Shown here: one piece after another, positions 55,431 through 64,000 of the stretch | How positions within the stretch are numbered: position 1 is the first letter of the stretch | Layout: every line of letters starts with the position of its first letter | Source of the DNA: Trypanosoma brucei | Lineage: Eukaryota | Direction of reading: 5' to 3' | Length of the DNA stretch: 64,000 bases | Assembly: GCA_000002445.1 (NCBI GenBank) | Contig: CM000207.1 | Coordinates: 1,280,001-1,344,000 of the forward strand | Position numbers and translations under genes: made by a program | The notes under the pieces: generated by a model | Told to the model about the DNA's origin: nothing | What the model saw: the letters and a program-made list of their open reading frames with translations, nothing else | Databases searched by the model: none

Positions 55431-56063
55431 TTATCGGCGCTTTTTCGTCTTACGCTCAACGTACTTGTCTACTGCCCCCTTGCCTCCTTTCTTCTCGAGC
55501 TTATCAAACGTTTCTGCGAGAACCTCGCGTTTCAACTGAGACCGTTTCGGAATGAATGCACGCTGCTTCTTCCCGTCCCGCACAGCCGCCGCCTCCCGCT
55601 TAATTATGCCCTTTCTCACAGCCTGTCGGCGCGCCCGCACTTCACGGTCTTTGGTTCTTGAGATGTAGAGCTGTGATTCGCGTTTCAGTTGCTGCAGTTC
55701 AGCCTTCAAATCCGACGGTGGTCGCAGCATCAGGCGGTTAATCTCGTCACGGTTTTCCTCTTCGAATCTGTCTTCCTCCTCCTCCGACTCTTCGTCTTGC
55801 CCAACTTCCTCTCGTTCGTGACGGCGCAAAGCGTATTTCAGGCACTGTATGCAGTGCTTGCGGCGCGACTGCTCCTCCTCTTCTTGCTCTCGAAGGAACT
55901 TATAGTTATCCTCGAATTGCTTACGGTCGACTGCACCGTACAAGTCACTAAATCGGGGGTCTACGAACCGATGAGGACGCACCGCCGGGACCCCACTTTG
56001 CCGTCGGGGGCGCACACGCGCACTTCGCTCTGGAGGGGGGCCATCCGGATCGTTATGAGGCAT
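55431..56063 (-). CDS. rRNA-processing protein Rrp36-like (DUF947)
   Basis: C-terminus 'GKKQRAFIPKRSQLKREVLAETFDKLEKKGGKGAVDKYVERKTKKRR' parallels Rrp36 'KKPFYLKKSEIKKLELAEKFEELKKSGKLDKYLEKRRKK'. Acidic coiled-coil centre. Confidence 0.65.
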   Translation of the reverse strand: MPHNDPDGPPPERSARVRPRRQSGVPAVRPHRFVDPRFSDLYGAVDRKQFEDNYKFLREQEEEEQSRRKHCIQCLKYALRRHEREEVGQDEESEEEEDRFEEENRDEINRLMLRPPSDLKAELQQLKRESQLYISRTKDREVRARRQAVRKGIIKREAAAVRDGKKQRAFIPKRSQLKREVLAETFDKLEKKGGKGAVDKYVERKTKKRR

Positions 56064-57106
56064 GCCAACGCGACACGACCAGCGTGCTTTCGGGTCGCTG
56101 CTAATAGCTCTGCCCCTACTTGCGAGGTTGCTTCAGAAGGGAAGAGGAAAGAAACAAACAAAGCGGTAAAGGTAAGGATCGAGAGAATAACAAATGTTTG
56201 TATGCGGAGGAAAGGCGACAACGACAGTCCCTCACCTCCAGCGGATGGGCTCACAAGACTAACCGTCAGAGCGGATGCACACGATAGCGGAGAGGTTGTC
56301 ACGTGGAACGTAGAGTCGCGGACGAAAGCAGCAGGGCCCACACTACCAAATATGAACTTAGAAACCAATTCCAACTGCGCATGTTACCCTTGCATAATGC
56401 AGGGCTACTTCCCTCTTCGTCAAACCCACACACATGCGGGGGACAAGAAAAAAGATAACTGAAGGAAGCAATACGTATTTTCCGTTTTCTTTTTTCAATT
56501 TCCCCGATGCTCCTTCGTGTCCAGGTGCGACGTTTCATACACAAGGCGCAGCAGTGATTAAATGGTGAAATAAACTGTCATATAACACTTAAGATCGTGG
56601 CTCTCAAATCGACACACCACGTCAACATGAAGCCACTAAAAAAGAGGTGAGAAAAGGAAGAAGGAAAACGAAACCGCTCACCGTTTTCGTGAACCAAGAC
56701 AAAAAGAAAGAAATAATTTACCATGGCTAACTACGTGTCGGCACTGTTATCCTCCCCTCCCCTCACACACATACACACACGTATTCTTGCATGTGCGTCC
56801 ATTCACTCCCCACTTGTATATTTAACGCGCTCAACGGCACCTACGCAAATCACCGCATCCCACCATTAAGAGGAAAAACAAAAAAAGAAAGGACACAAAA
56901 AACGACCCACATACGTCACGAAGACAAAAAGCACCTGCCACCGTACAAGGTTCAACCCTTTGTGTCAATAAAGGTCCAAACAAACAGGGATTTCAAAAGG
57001 CAGCTAAAGCAAAAGCAACATTATATATTTATATATATGTATACAACACCGAGAAGCTGGTCACTGTAACACAGTTTATGTAGTAGCCGTGTTTCATAAA
57101 TAACCT

Positions 57107-57571
57107 TCACTGATCTTTATATACGGGAAGGTTTACAAAGCAATTCACAACAAACATGAGGAAGCCAAGAACTGTGGTAATCACACAAGATGTGTATCGG
57201 AGCGGTGTGCCACCAACAGCAATAGCACCCAGGAAAATGTAAAAGAGGCCTCGCCCCGAATATGTTGTGAGGAAGTAGAAGTACCTAAGCCACAAATAAA
57301 CTCCACGGCGGATGCCCTCAAATCTACGCAACTCTGCCGACAGGCCCAAGAAGGCGAACACCAACATGTATAGTTCCAAGAAGGTGTCAGCAACTGTGTT
57401 GTTTCGCACAACGAGGGTTACTAAACTGCTGCTGATTACAAGGGCCATCGCAATTGTAGACAAAATAAGGAAGACGAGGGACCAGGCGTCACCCTTCGAA
57501 TCCACAACCCCTTCCTTTGATTGTTTACTTCCGGTCTCAGCAACACCGGCTGCTGTTTCACCTCCTTTCAT
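57107..57571 (-). CDS. small 4-TM membrane protein (TVP15/COPI-associated-like?)
   Basis: 154 aa with four hydrophobic helices. Family tentative. Confidence 0.45.
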   Translation of the reverse strand: MKGGETAAGVAETGSKQSKEGVVDSKGDAWSLVFLILSTIAMALVISSSLVTLVVRNNTVADTFLELYMLVFAFLGLSAELRRFEGIRRGVYLWLRYFYFLTTYSGRGLFYIFLGAIAVGGTPLRYTSCVITTVLGFLMFVVNCFVNLPVYKDQ

Positions 57572-57830
57572 CCCTTATGTATATACCTGATCACTTAAGA
57601 AAACCACAACTCCAGGGGTGAATGGTATGAGAGGGGAGAGAAATGTTGCCATTGGTGTCGCACAACATATACAAGCCCTTACGGTGAAGGGAAGAGAAGG
57701 AGAGAAAGAAACAACAAACTGATAACAGAAATAGAAGGCTGGGAAGAGTATCGACCGGCCACCGGAGTATATATGTAGGGATATACGGCAAAAGCCTTTC
57801 ACTGAGGCTACCACCCCTAGAGAAAATTGC

Positions 57831-58232
57831 TTACTCACTAACGCCCTCAAACAGCGCGTACACTTCCTTTAGGTGGGACTCTGTGATGTGAGGAAGCACA
57901 TTATAGAAGGCGAGCATATTCCTCCGGGCGAGTGACGTAAAGCAATGTCGGTGTGTAGAATCCAATCCATCAGACGCTTTGCGTAGGGATGTCGATGGTG
58001 CTGCCATCATCACCTCCTGATACCGATCATCCTCCAGCATGATACGCATTGCGCGGTGCAAATCCTCTTTTGTCAACCGCTGCTTTACACGTTGAACGTC
58101 GGAAGGAGTTACGCGCGCTAAGTCATCGGCGGTAACGCGGCGTGCGCGTTCCTCCAACGAGAGTACAGGATGAACTTCCATCGGAGTTGATGCACTAGGC
58201 GTGGTCCAAAACCATGACACCATGCTGCACAA
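57831..58232 (-). CDS. hypothetical small protein (133 aa)
   Basis: ORF on the coding strand between two genes. No domain recognised. Confidence 0.35.
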   Translation of the reverse strand: MCSMVSWFWTTPSASTPMEVHPVLSLEERARRVTADDLARVTPSDVQRVKQRLTKEDLHRAMRIMLEDDRYQEVMMAAPSTSLRKASDGLDSTHRHCFTSLARRNMLAFYNVLPHITESHLKEVYALFEGVSE

Positions 58233-58503
58233 TAACTATCACAATTCTCGGCCTGTTGCCTCCTTCCTTCACTTCTCTCCTTCTGCCTTAGGGTAAAGAC
58301 GCGAAGTATGGTAATGAATGAGGATGTGAGGAAAAGTGTTCGGCACTCAAGCTTGAATAGTTGGCTCCTCGCAACATGAGGGCGAGCATCCCGGCGCATG
58401 CACAACATGGGCAGAGTATTCCATCCATATGTTCTCAGCCCATTACTATGCTTCACAACCGTGAATTGATTACTGAAACAACTGCAGACGTTCATGAAGA
58501 GCT

Positions 58504-61029
58504 TCACTGCGAACCGCGCGTACGCCAAAACCATTCATCGTCACCGTCAATGGCATCTTCGAGTGAGAAACTAGATTCCTCTGTGTTCCAGCTACTATCA
58601 GTCACCCACTCGGAGGTATCAGAAGGCTCATCAGACTCGATCTCCTCTAGTCGCCTTTGTCTGTTTCGCCCCGCTACGGGGTCATCGATTCCAGCAGCAC
58701 GCAAAGCTTCACGTAGAGCCATGTCTCGTGTGTTATTCCACGGTAAAAAAGTCCGTAGAAAAAGGGCGATATGATTCTGTTGTTGCACCATTTGCAATTC
58801 ACGACCATCCGTCTCAAACATCATTTCGTATAGAGCAAGCTGCTCCACAGGAGTCCCTACCGTCGGGGGAAGTTCACCATAAAGTGCTCTGAAGCGAAGA
58901 AGCATGTCCTGTTCAGATGGAGTCAACGCGCGTTGGCCGACCCGCCAAGCCTCCTCCCGTGCGTCTTCCGCCGTCACCTCATTAGGATCGAGCAGATGTG
59001 CAGGAATCGCCGCCATTACTGTGCCCATCAGGTCTTCCTCCCTCAACATTTCGTGTTCCCATGGTGTTGGCACATCAGCGCAGGGATTTGCAGCGCTGAC
59101 GCTGAGGGACTTTAGGTAAACACCACTTTCCTCGGTAATAACGCGCCGCAGAAAGCCGCTCGGCTCCGCGGCGTTCCACATCTCTGCATTCCTCGCAACC
59201 CACAGGGTTGCCACACGGAGTCTTTGCCCACCGTTATTATTCATGTGCCCCTTTACTACCTCTTTCCATGCCGCAGGGGCTACACTAGGCTGAGCCTGGC
59301 TTCCTACTTTTTCAACAAGCAAAACAGCGGCGGAGGGGAACCGCCCGATGGCATCAGCCAGCATCACACCAGAAGGTGGGGTGTCGTGGAATGCATGAAG
59401 CTCCGCTGGAGAAATATCCCGTATCACTCTTGACAGTTTCCCACCTTTTTGTGTGTGAGTTGCCTCCTCACGCTCCAGAAAGAGTTTTGCAAGAGCAGCG
59501 CTAAAGAAGAATCCTGGAAGCGTTGACAAGGACAAGGCCAACTCGTGGTTAGACAAGTTACTACACCCACTGTTCACGCACTCTGCGGTTGGGGGAAGGG
59601 TCCTCGAATTAGGGATGCGGCAGGACTCTCGTATCAAAAGGTAGTACACATGAACGAGCCATGCCCATCCTTTCGATCGCAGTGCCAAGTAGTCGAGTAG
59701 AAACAGTGACCCAAATGGATCCTTTGGGTCAAGGGAGTACAGTAATTTGCATGTCTCCCATGCTGTCCTCACTGCCGCTTTTCTGAGGGCGTGGTGTATA
59801 CCACAACGCAGAACTTGAAACAATTGTTTATTCGAAGGTATGCTGAAAGGTACGCAACGCTGCCGCGCCGTTTGACGGAGTGGAAAAGATTGAAGCAACA
59901 CACCCAGGTGATAAAGGGCAAGATCAATAACCTCCAACGCGCGCGGCACGTTTCCCATCGTTTCAAACACGTTACTTACGACGATTAATGTCGGGATGTG
60001 GTATGGCGTTTTGCCCAGGCACCCCATAAGACCATCCACTGCATCCACCAGCTTCTCGCACTCTGCGAGGTCTGCATCCGCACGTTGTGACTCTGGGGCA
60101 GACACATCAAGATAGTACACTTTTGTTCTATTACTACCGTTTCCAGCGATATCGTCATGGTCATCCATCCCCGGTTTCCTCAGCACTAACTTTGTGCCAA
60201 GTCCGTCGTATCGGGGCCAGCAGTAGCGGTTTGGCGTCGACAGAACACTGGAGCGGAAGCGCGGCAGATTATGCATATGCTCCTCAAAAAGTTGGGATGT
60301 GGGTCTACTTTCAGGACGACGAGTTGGAGTTCGACCATCCCCAAGGTCTTCTACCGCTGCTGCCCCAAAGCGCCGGATACGTTCCGAGCGGCTGTTGAGC
60401 ATTTGGGGGTTACACAATGAAAGAAGTCCAAGGAGATCTTCGGATCCTTCTGCGTCACCAGCTCCATTTCGACGGAATGCATTATTCGCCGTATCTTTCT
60501 CCCGCTCTCGCAAGGCTGCCTCCAGCAGAAGTTCTTCCTCAAGTTCTTCCTCGCGCCGCCTGGCCTTCTTCCTTTTGTTTTGCCGCTTCTTTTTGCATTG
60601 CTCCCTTTGCACAATTTGTTGCTGTTGACTCGTCGCATTAAATGACAGGTCCTTTCCCTCAACCTCCATCGCGTTATCATACTCACTCTTAGGCCTAACC
60701 GTGGTCTTCCTCGTTGGTTTCTGTTTCACCAACCCCTGTCGGTCCTCGTCGTTCGTTCCATCGCATTCCAGAGACCGCGGAGATGCACCAGTGGTGCTGG
60801 TTTCAGCTGCTTTCTTTGGCTGCTGCTCCTGAGGTTGATTATCGCCTGCCGCTCCCGCTGGCGCCTTCCGTTGAGCCTTTGATTTACCGACACTCTTTGG
60901 CAGCTTCATAGTTGGCGGATGGTAGTCCTCATCATCGGCGTCAGCGCCTGTTGAGGCCTTCACAATATTCTGCAACCGCCGGATCTGCCGAGTTGACATT
61001 AGCAACGTACTGTGGGGGCTACTCACCAC
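58504..61029 (-). CDS. TCF25/Rqc1-family protein (ribosome quality control complex-like)
   Basis: 'TPYHIPTLIVVSNVFETMGNVPRALEVIDLALYHLG' aligns to TCF25 'HPYHVDSLLQLSEVYRQQGDHSMAADLIERALYSFE'. 'LYSLDPKDPFGSLFLLDYLALRSKGWAWLV' aligns to '...LDP.EDPLGALLLIDFYALRA..YDWL'. Basic/acidic N-terminal region. Confidence 0.65.
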   Translation of the reverse strand: MVSSPHSTLLMSTRQIRRLQNIVKASTGADADDEDYHPPTMKLPKSVGKSKAQRKAPAGAAGDNQPQEQQPKKAAETSTTGASPRSLECDGTNDEDRQGLVKQKPTRKTTVRPKSEYDNAMEVEGKDLSFNATSQQQQIVQREQCKKKRQNKRKKARRREEELEEELLLEAALREREKDTANNAFRRNGAGDAEGSEDLLGLLSLCNPQMLNSRSERIRRFGAAAVEDLGDGRTPTRRPESRPTSQLFEEHMHNLPRFRSSVLSTPNRYCWPRYDGLGTKLVLRKPGMDDHDDIAGNGSNRTKVYYLDVSAPESQRADADLAECEKLVDAVDGLMGCLGKTPYHIPTLIVVSNVFETMGNVPRALEVIDLALYHLGVLLQSFPLRQTARQRCVPFSIPSNKQLFQVLRCGIHHALRKAAVRTAWETCKLLYSLDPKDPFGSLFLLDYLALRSKGWAWLVHVYYLLIRESCRIPNSRTLPPTAECVNSGCSNLSNHELALSLSTLPGFFFSAALAKLFLEREEATHTQKGGKLSRVIRDISPAELHAFHDTPPSGVMLADAIGRFPSAAVLLVEKVGSQAQPSVAPAAWKEVVKGHMNNNGGQRLRVATLWVARNAEMWNAAEPSGFLRRVITEESGVYLKSLSVSAANPCADVPTPWEHEMLREEDLMGTVMAAIPAHLLDPNEVTAEDAREEAWRVGQRALTPSEQDMLLRFRALYGELPPTVGTPVEQLALYEMMFETDGRELQMVQQQNHIALFLRTFLPWNNTRDMALREALRAAGIDDPVAGRNRQRRLEEIESDEPSDTSEWVTDSSWNTEESSFSLEDAIDGDDEWFWRTRGSQ

Positions 61030-61603
61030 CTAAAATCCTTCGCACTTTCATGAAGCACATATCATATTATATGGGAGAAAGGGGTGAAGCAACAAGGGTG
61101 GAAAGTGGAGTTAGCCGGCAAAATAATAATAATGGAGCCAGAATGAGCGCATGTGAGTAAGTTCCAAAAGCAAGGGTGTCACACTTTTCTGCAGTCGCAC
61201 CCTTGCACGACGGAGCGTGAAGGAAACGAATTGCCAAACGCACTTTTCATAGCATCCTCCTTTTCTTTATTATTTTGGGGAGTGAGGGGTGAGAGCTGGA
61301 AGGGAGGCAAAGGGTGGGATAGGCACGCGTGGTTTCTGCCCGGCATCAAATACTATCAGTGATAGTAAGAAAACAGAAAGCTCGCACGCAATCCTCGAAA
61401 CAATATATATATATATATGCACTTGTTTGTATATGGGCCGTTAAGGTCGGAATGACGCATAGCAGGCTGTATCTAGTGTTCGTTCACTCTTATGGCAAGA
61501 TGTAATGAGGTGCGCAAAACTGTGCACGAACAGTACAATAAATGTAAATAAATGAGAACAACAAAGAAAAAATATTTAACTTAGGTCTTCGTCCAAACGG
61601 ATA

Positions 61604-64000
61604 CTAATGCCCCCGAGTTAAACGGAGCCTCGGTGGTGCCGCTGGAGAGGCACTGCCATCGAGGACTGGGTTTCCAGAGCGGGAGCGTGACACACCGCTT
61701 GTAGAAAGCGGGGAGTTAGACAACGTGTCCGGGCTTCGCTTCTTGTTTCCTGTATTTTCCTTCAGGTAGCCGCTGTCAGTAAATACGGGTGGGGAACGCA
61801 GATTGAGCCTGGCAATGTTTACACCCCCAACAACAAACTCTGGCGAAGGGGATCCATGGCGTGAGGACCTCCGGCTCGGTGTGCAAAAAGAGTGTGCGCG
61901 TCTTCTGGCCCTTGCAGAGGTGCTACAGTCGTCAGAACCCTGATGGGGCCGCCTTCGCGTAGCGGAATGTTCTGCTGCCTCCCATGCAAGTTGCTCGGCA
62001 ACACGAAATTTGTCCAACTCACAGTCGGTGGTGGCCGCAACTAACGAAGAGTACGCAATGGTGCCAGCATGTGACCCCACTGAAACGGCTTCTCTCATTC
62101 TTGTAAGTTCAAGCACGGTTCGTTGTGACATCGATACCACCATTCGGCGGAGTTTGTTAGTATCTATATCGCTGCCTGAGGAGGTTGCGTTGCAATTGCT
62201 CCCCAACTCAGGCACCGGAGCAAAAGTTTTCCGCCTCTGCACCACTAAACTGTCGCAGTTTTTGTCCGAATCCTGCATAGTCTCATCACTTATCCCCCGA
62301 TTGATGTTAAAGAGGGTTTCAAGCACTGTTCTTTCTGTCCACCTCTGCTGTTCAGCCTCGCTTCGGGCTTCCGAAAGTGAGCGTCTTAGCTGCTCAATCT
62401 CTTTCTGCAACTGTTTGTTTTGACTACTGATCCTTTGAATGGATGCCTCAGCCTCTGCACGCTCCCTGGCGTGCTGTGCAGCATCAGATTTCTGTATCTG
62501 ACGCAACTCCTCTGCCAGGGATGTTAATTTCTTGAGCTGTTGTTGATGTGTCACCTGCGTGACACTCCCTTCCCGTTGCCGACACGCTCTGAGGCTCTGT
62601 AGTTGCTGCTGCACGACTTTTATTTTGGATGTCATCGCGCTATTTTCACTTCGTAGGTTTTGACACTCTTCTTCGGCTAGTTTCAACTTCTTAGTGTACT
62701 GCGCCAATCTGGCCAATTGCTTCTTACTCTCCTGTTCGTTTTCTTCTTCCTGACGATGTTGGGCCCCCAACACTGCGGTGAGCCGCTCCTGAAGTTCATG
62801 AAACTCCCTCCCGCTGGCCTCCTTTCGCCTGTGCACCTCGGCACACTCTTTCGTAATCAAATCAAGTTGCATTTGCAGAGCGTCACGCTCACGACGAAGC
62901 CTTTCAACCTCCTCTAAAAGACCTTTCTGCTGCACCGCCTCCCCGCGTTGTGAAGAGCGCAGCTCCTCCACTTCCCGCCTTAAACGCTCGATTTCAAGCT
63001 CACGCTTCGCATATTCGTCAGCAAATCGTTGTTGTTGCTTATTTGCCTTTTCCAGCTCCGCTTCACGGAGAGCCAACGCGTCACGATACCGCGATACATC
63101 CAATTCAGCGCTCTGCGCCAGCTGTGCCTCGAACCGCCGTAGTTGATGCCGCTGCTCCTTCTGTTTCTGTAAGAAAAGCCTCCGCAGAGCCTCTACCAGC
63201 CTCTCACACCTCTGTCGGCGCTGCTGAAGCCGCTTGCATATGGCACCTTCTTCTTCGGGTGTTTGACGATCCTTCTGTCGGTTCATTATGCTCGTTACTT
63301 CCCTTCCAGCTCCCAGAGATTCAAGCAGCAACCTGTCGCCAGGCGCACTATCAAAAAACTCCCCGCGAACGCTAGGTCTCGGGATGGTGCTTCCTTTGCT
63401 CCCACCAACTGTATTATTTCCACATGGATCCCCTCCCGCAGCGGTGTTGGCACCACTGCCTACGAATAGCAACCCCAACTCATCCCTCAGCCCTGCTGGG
63501 AACAGCTCACCACGTAAGTTGTGAAGAGACGAGCATTCATGCCCGACGCCGTCGCCTGTTTCTTCCTTTGCCCGTACATTAGAGGACGCAGTGCCATAGG
63601 CTTGCAAACACAGTTCCAACTCACGACGTATCCGTTCAAAGCTGTCGCTCGCCTCGCGCACGGCGTGGCGCAGTGATTTGGTTATTCGCTCAGACTTCGC
63701 CTGTTCCCCCTCCAGCATATAAACGCGATGCATTCTACGACGAACTTCGTCACACTGCTTCTGGAGAGCATCCTCCAGCGACTGAATGCGCGACTCAAAC
63801 TCAAAACGTTTGGTTTGGGTAAAATCTGCAGGGCAAGCAGGTACCTCCCTTCCATCCCGCAATTTCTCCTGCGGTTGAGCCTTCATTCCGCCATGTACCT
63901 GGGTCGCTTCCACAGGCTTTTCCCTTGCAGATTCTACTTCGATACAACGCTGCCGCCATACTAACTGTTCCTTTTTGCACGCCTCCAGCTGCATTATCAA
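61604..64000 (-). CDS. large coiled-coil protein, 5'-truncated by the window edge
   Basis: About 800 aa of heptad-rich sequence (ELEKANKQQQRFADEYAKRELEIERLRREVEELR...). The ORF is still open at coordinate 64000, so the N-terminus lies outside the window. Confidence 0.55.
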   Translation of the reverse strand: MIMQLEACKKEQLVWRQRCIEVESAREKPVEATQVHGGMKAQPQEKLRDGREVPACPADFTQTKRFEFESRIQSLEDALQKQCDEVRRRMHRVYMLEGEQAKSERITKSLRHAVREASDSFERIRRELELCLQAYGTASSNVRAKEETGDGVGHECSSLHNLRGELFPAGLRDELGLLFVGSGANTAAGGDPCGNNTVGGSKGSTIPRPSVRGEFFDSAPGDRLLLESLGAGREVTSIMNRQKDRQTPEEEGAICKRLQQRRQRCERLVEALRRLFLQKQKEQRHQLRRFEAQLAQSAELDVSRYRDALALREAELEKANKQQQRFADEYAKRELEIERLRREVEELRSSQRGEAVQQKGLLEEVERLRRERDALQMQLDLITKECAEVHRRKEASGREFHELQERLTAVLGAQHRQEEENEQESKKQLARLAQYTKKLKLAEEECQNLRSENSAMTSKIKVVQQQLQSLRACRQREGSVTQVTHQQQLKKLTSLAEELRQIQKSDAAQHARERAEAEASIQRISSQNKQLQKEIEQLRRSLSEARSEAEQQRWTERTVLETLFNINRGISDETMQDSDKNCDSLVVQRRKTFAPVPELGSNCNATSSGSDIDTNKLRRMVVSMSQRTVLELTRMREAVSVGSHAGTIAYSSLVAATTDCELDKFRVAEQLAWEAAEHSATRRRPHQGSDDCSTSARARRRAHSFCTPSRRSSRHGSPSPEFVVGGVNIARLNLRSPPVFTDSGYLKENTGNKKRSPDTLSNSPLSTSGVSRSRSGNPVLDGSASPAAPPRLRLTRGH

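Noticed and set aside
1-64000. Prokaryotic-style defence/novel system (CRISPR, toxin-antitoxin, operon)
   Set aside because: The sequence is eukaryotic. Genes are long, unidirectional, lack Shine-Dalgarno spacing logic, and encode eukaryote-specific proteins such as Pescadillo, NAC, elongin C and SCAR-like. No direct-repeat/spacer array is present.

Overview
The window reads as a single kinetoplastid (Trypanosoma-like) directional gene cluster. There are about 32 intron-less protein-coding ORFs, and every one is on the minus strand. Intergenic regions are 0.3-2 kb, rich in polypyrimidine/polypurine tracts and (TA)n, (CA)n and (GT)n microsatellites. There is no strand-switch region and I could find no convincing tRNA, rRNA or SL-RNA gene. 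This layout is typical of a polycistronic transcription unit processed by trans-splicing, so CRISPR or operon logic does not apply.

Recognisable products include ribosomal protein L10/QM as two 100%-identical dispersed copies about 37.6 kb apart, and a tandem pair of 100%-identical NAC-alpha genes. Also present are Pescadillo, Rrp36, a TCF25/Rqc1-like protein, peptide deformylase, a mitochondrial uL30-like protein, a mitochondrial type-I DnaJ, a J-domain polytopic membrane protein, adenylate kinase and a CLC chloride channel with CBS domains. The remaining recognisable products are a RING-H2 protein, a SET-domain protein, an elongin C-like protein and a twin Cx9C (CHCH) protein. A PFA-DSP/Siw14-type phosphatase-like protein has its catalytic arginine replaced, and a rhomboid-fold protein lacks the catalytic serine.

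The most interesting call is a proline-rich protein at 2809..4539. It has an N-terminal SCAR/WAVE-homology-like segment and a C-terminal WH2-like, acidic, terminal-Trp (VCA-like) tail, so it is a candidate Arp2/3 nucleation-promoting factor.

Both duplicated gene pairs show sharply bounded identity blocks. Each block covers the CDS plus about 116-118 bp of 5' flank but stops 2-21 bp after the stop codon. This points to gene conversion that leaves the 3' UTRs to diverge. All family assignments come from motif recognition by eye; no database search was run.
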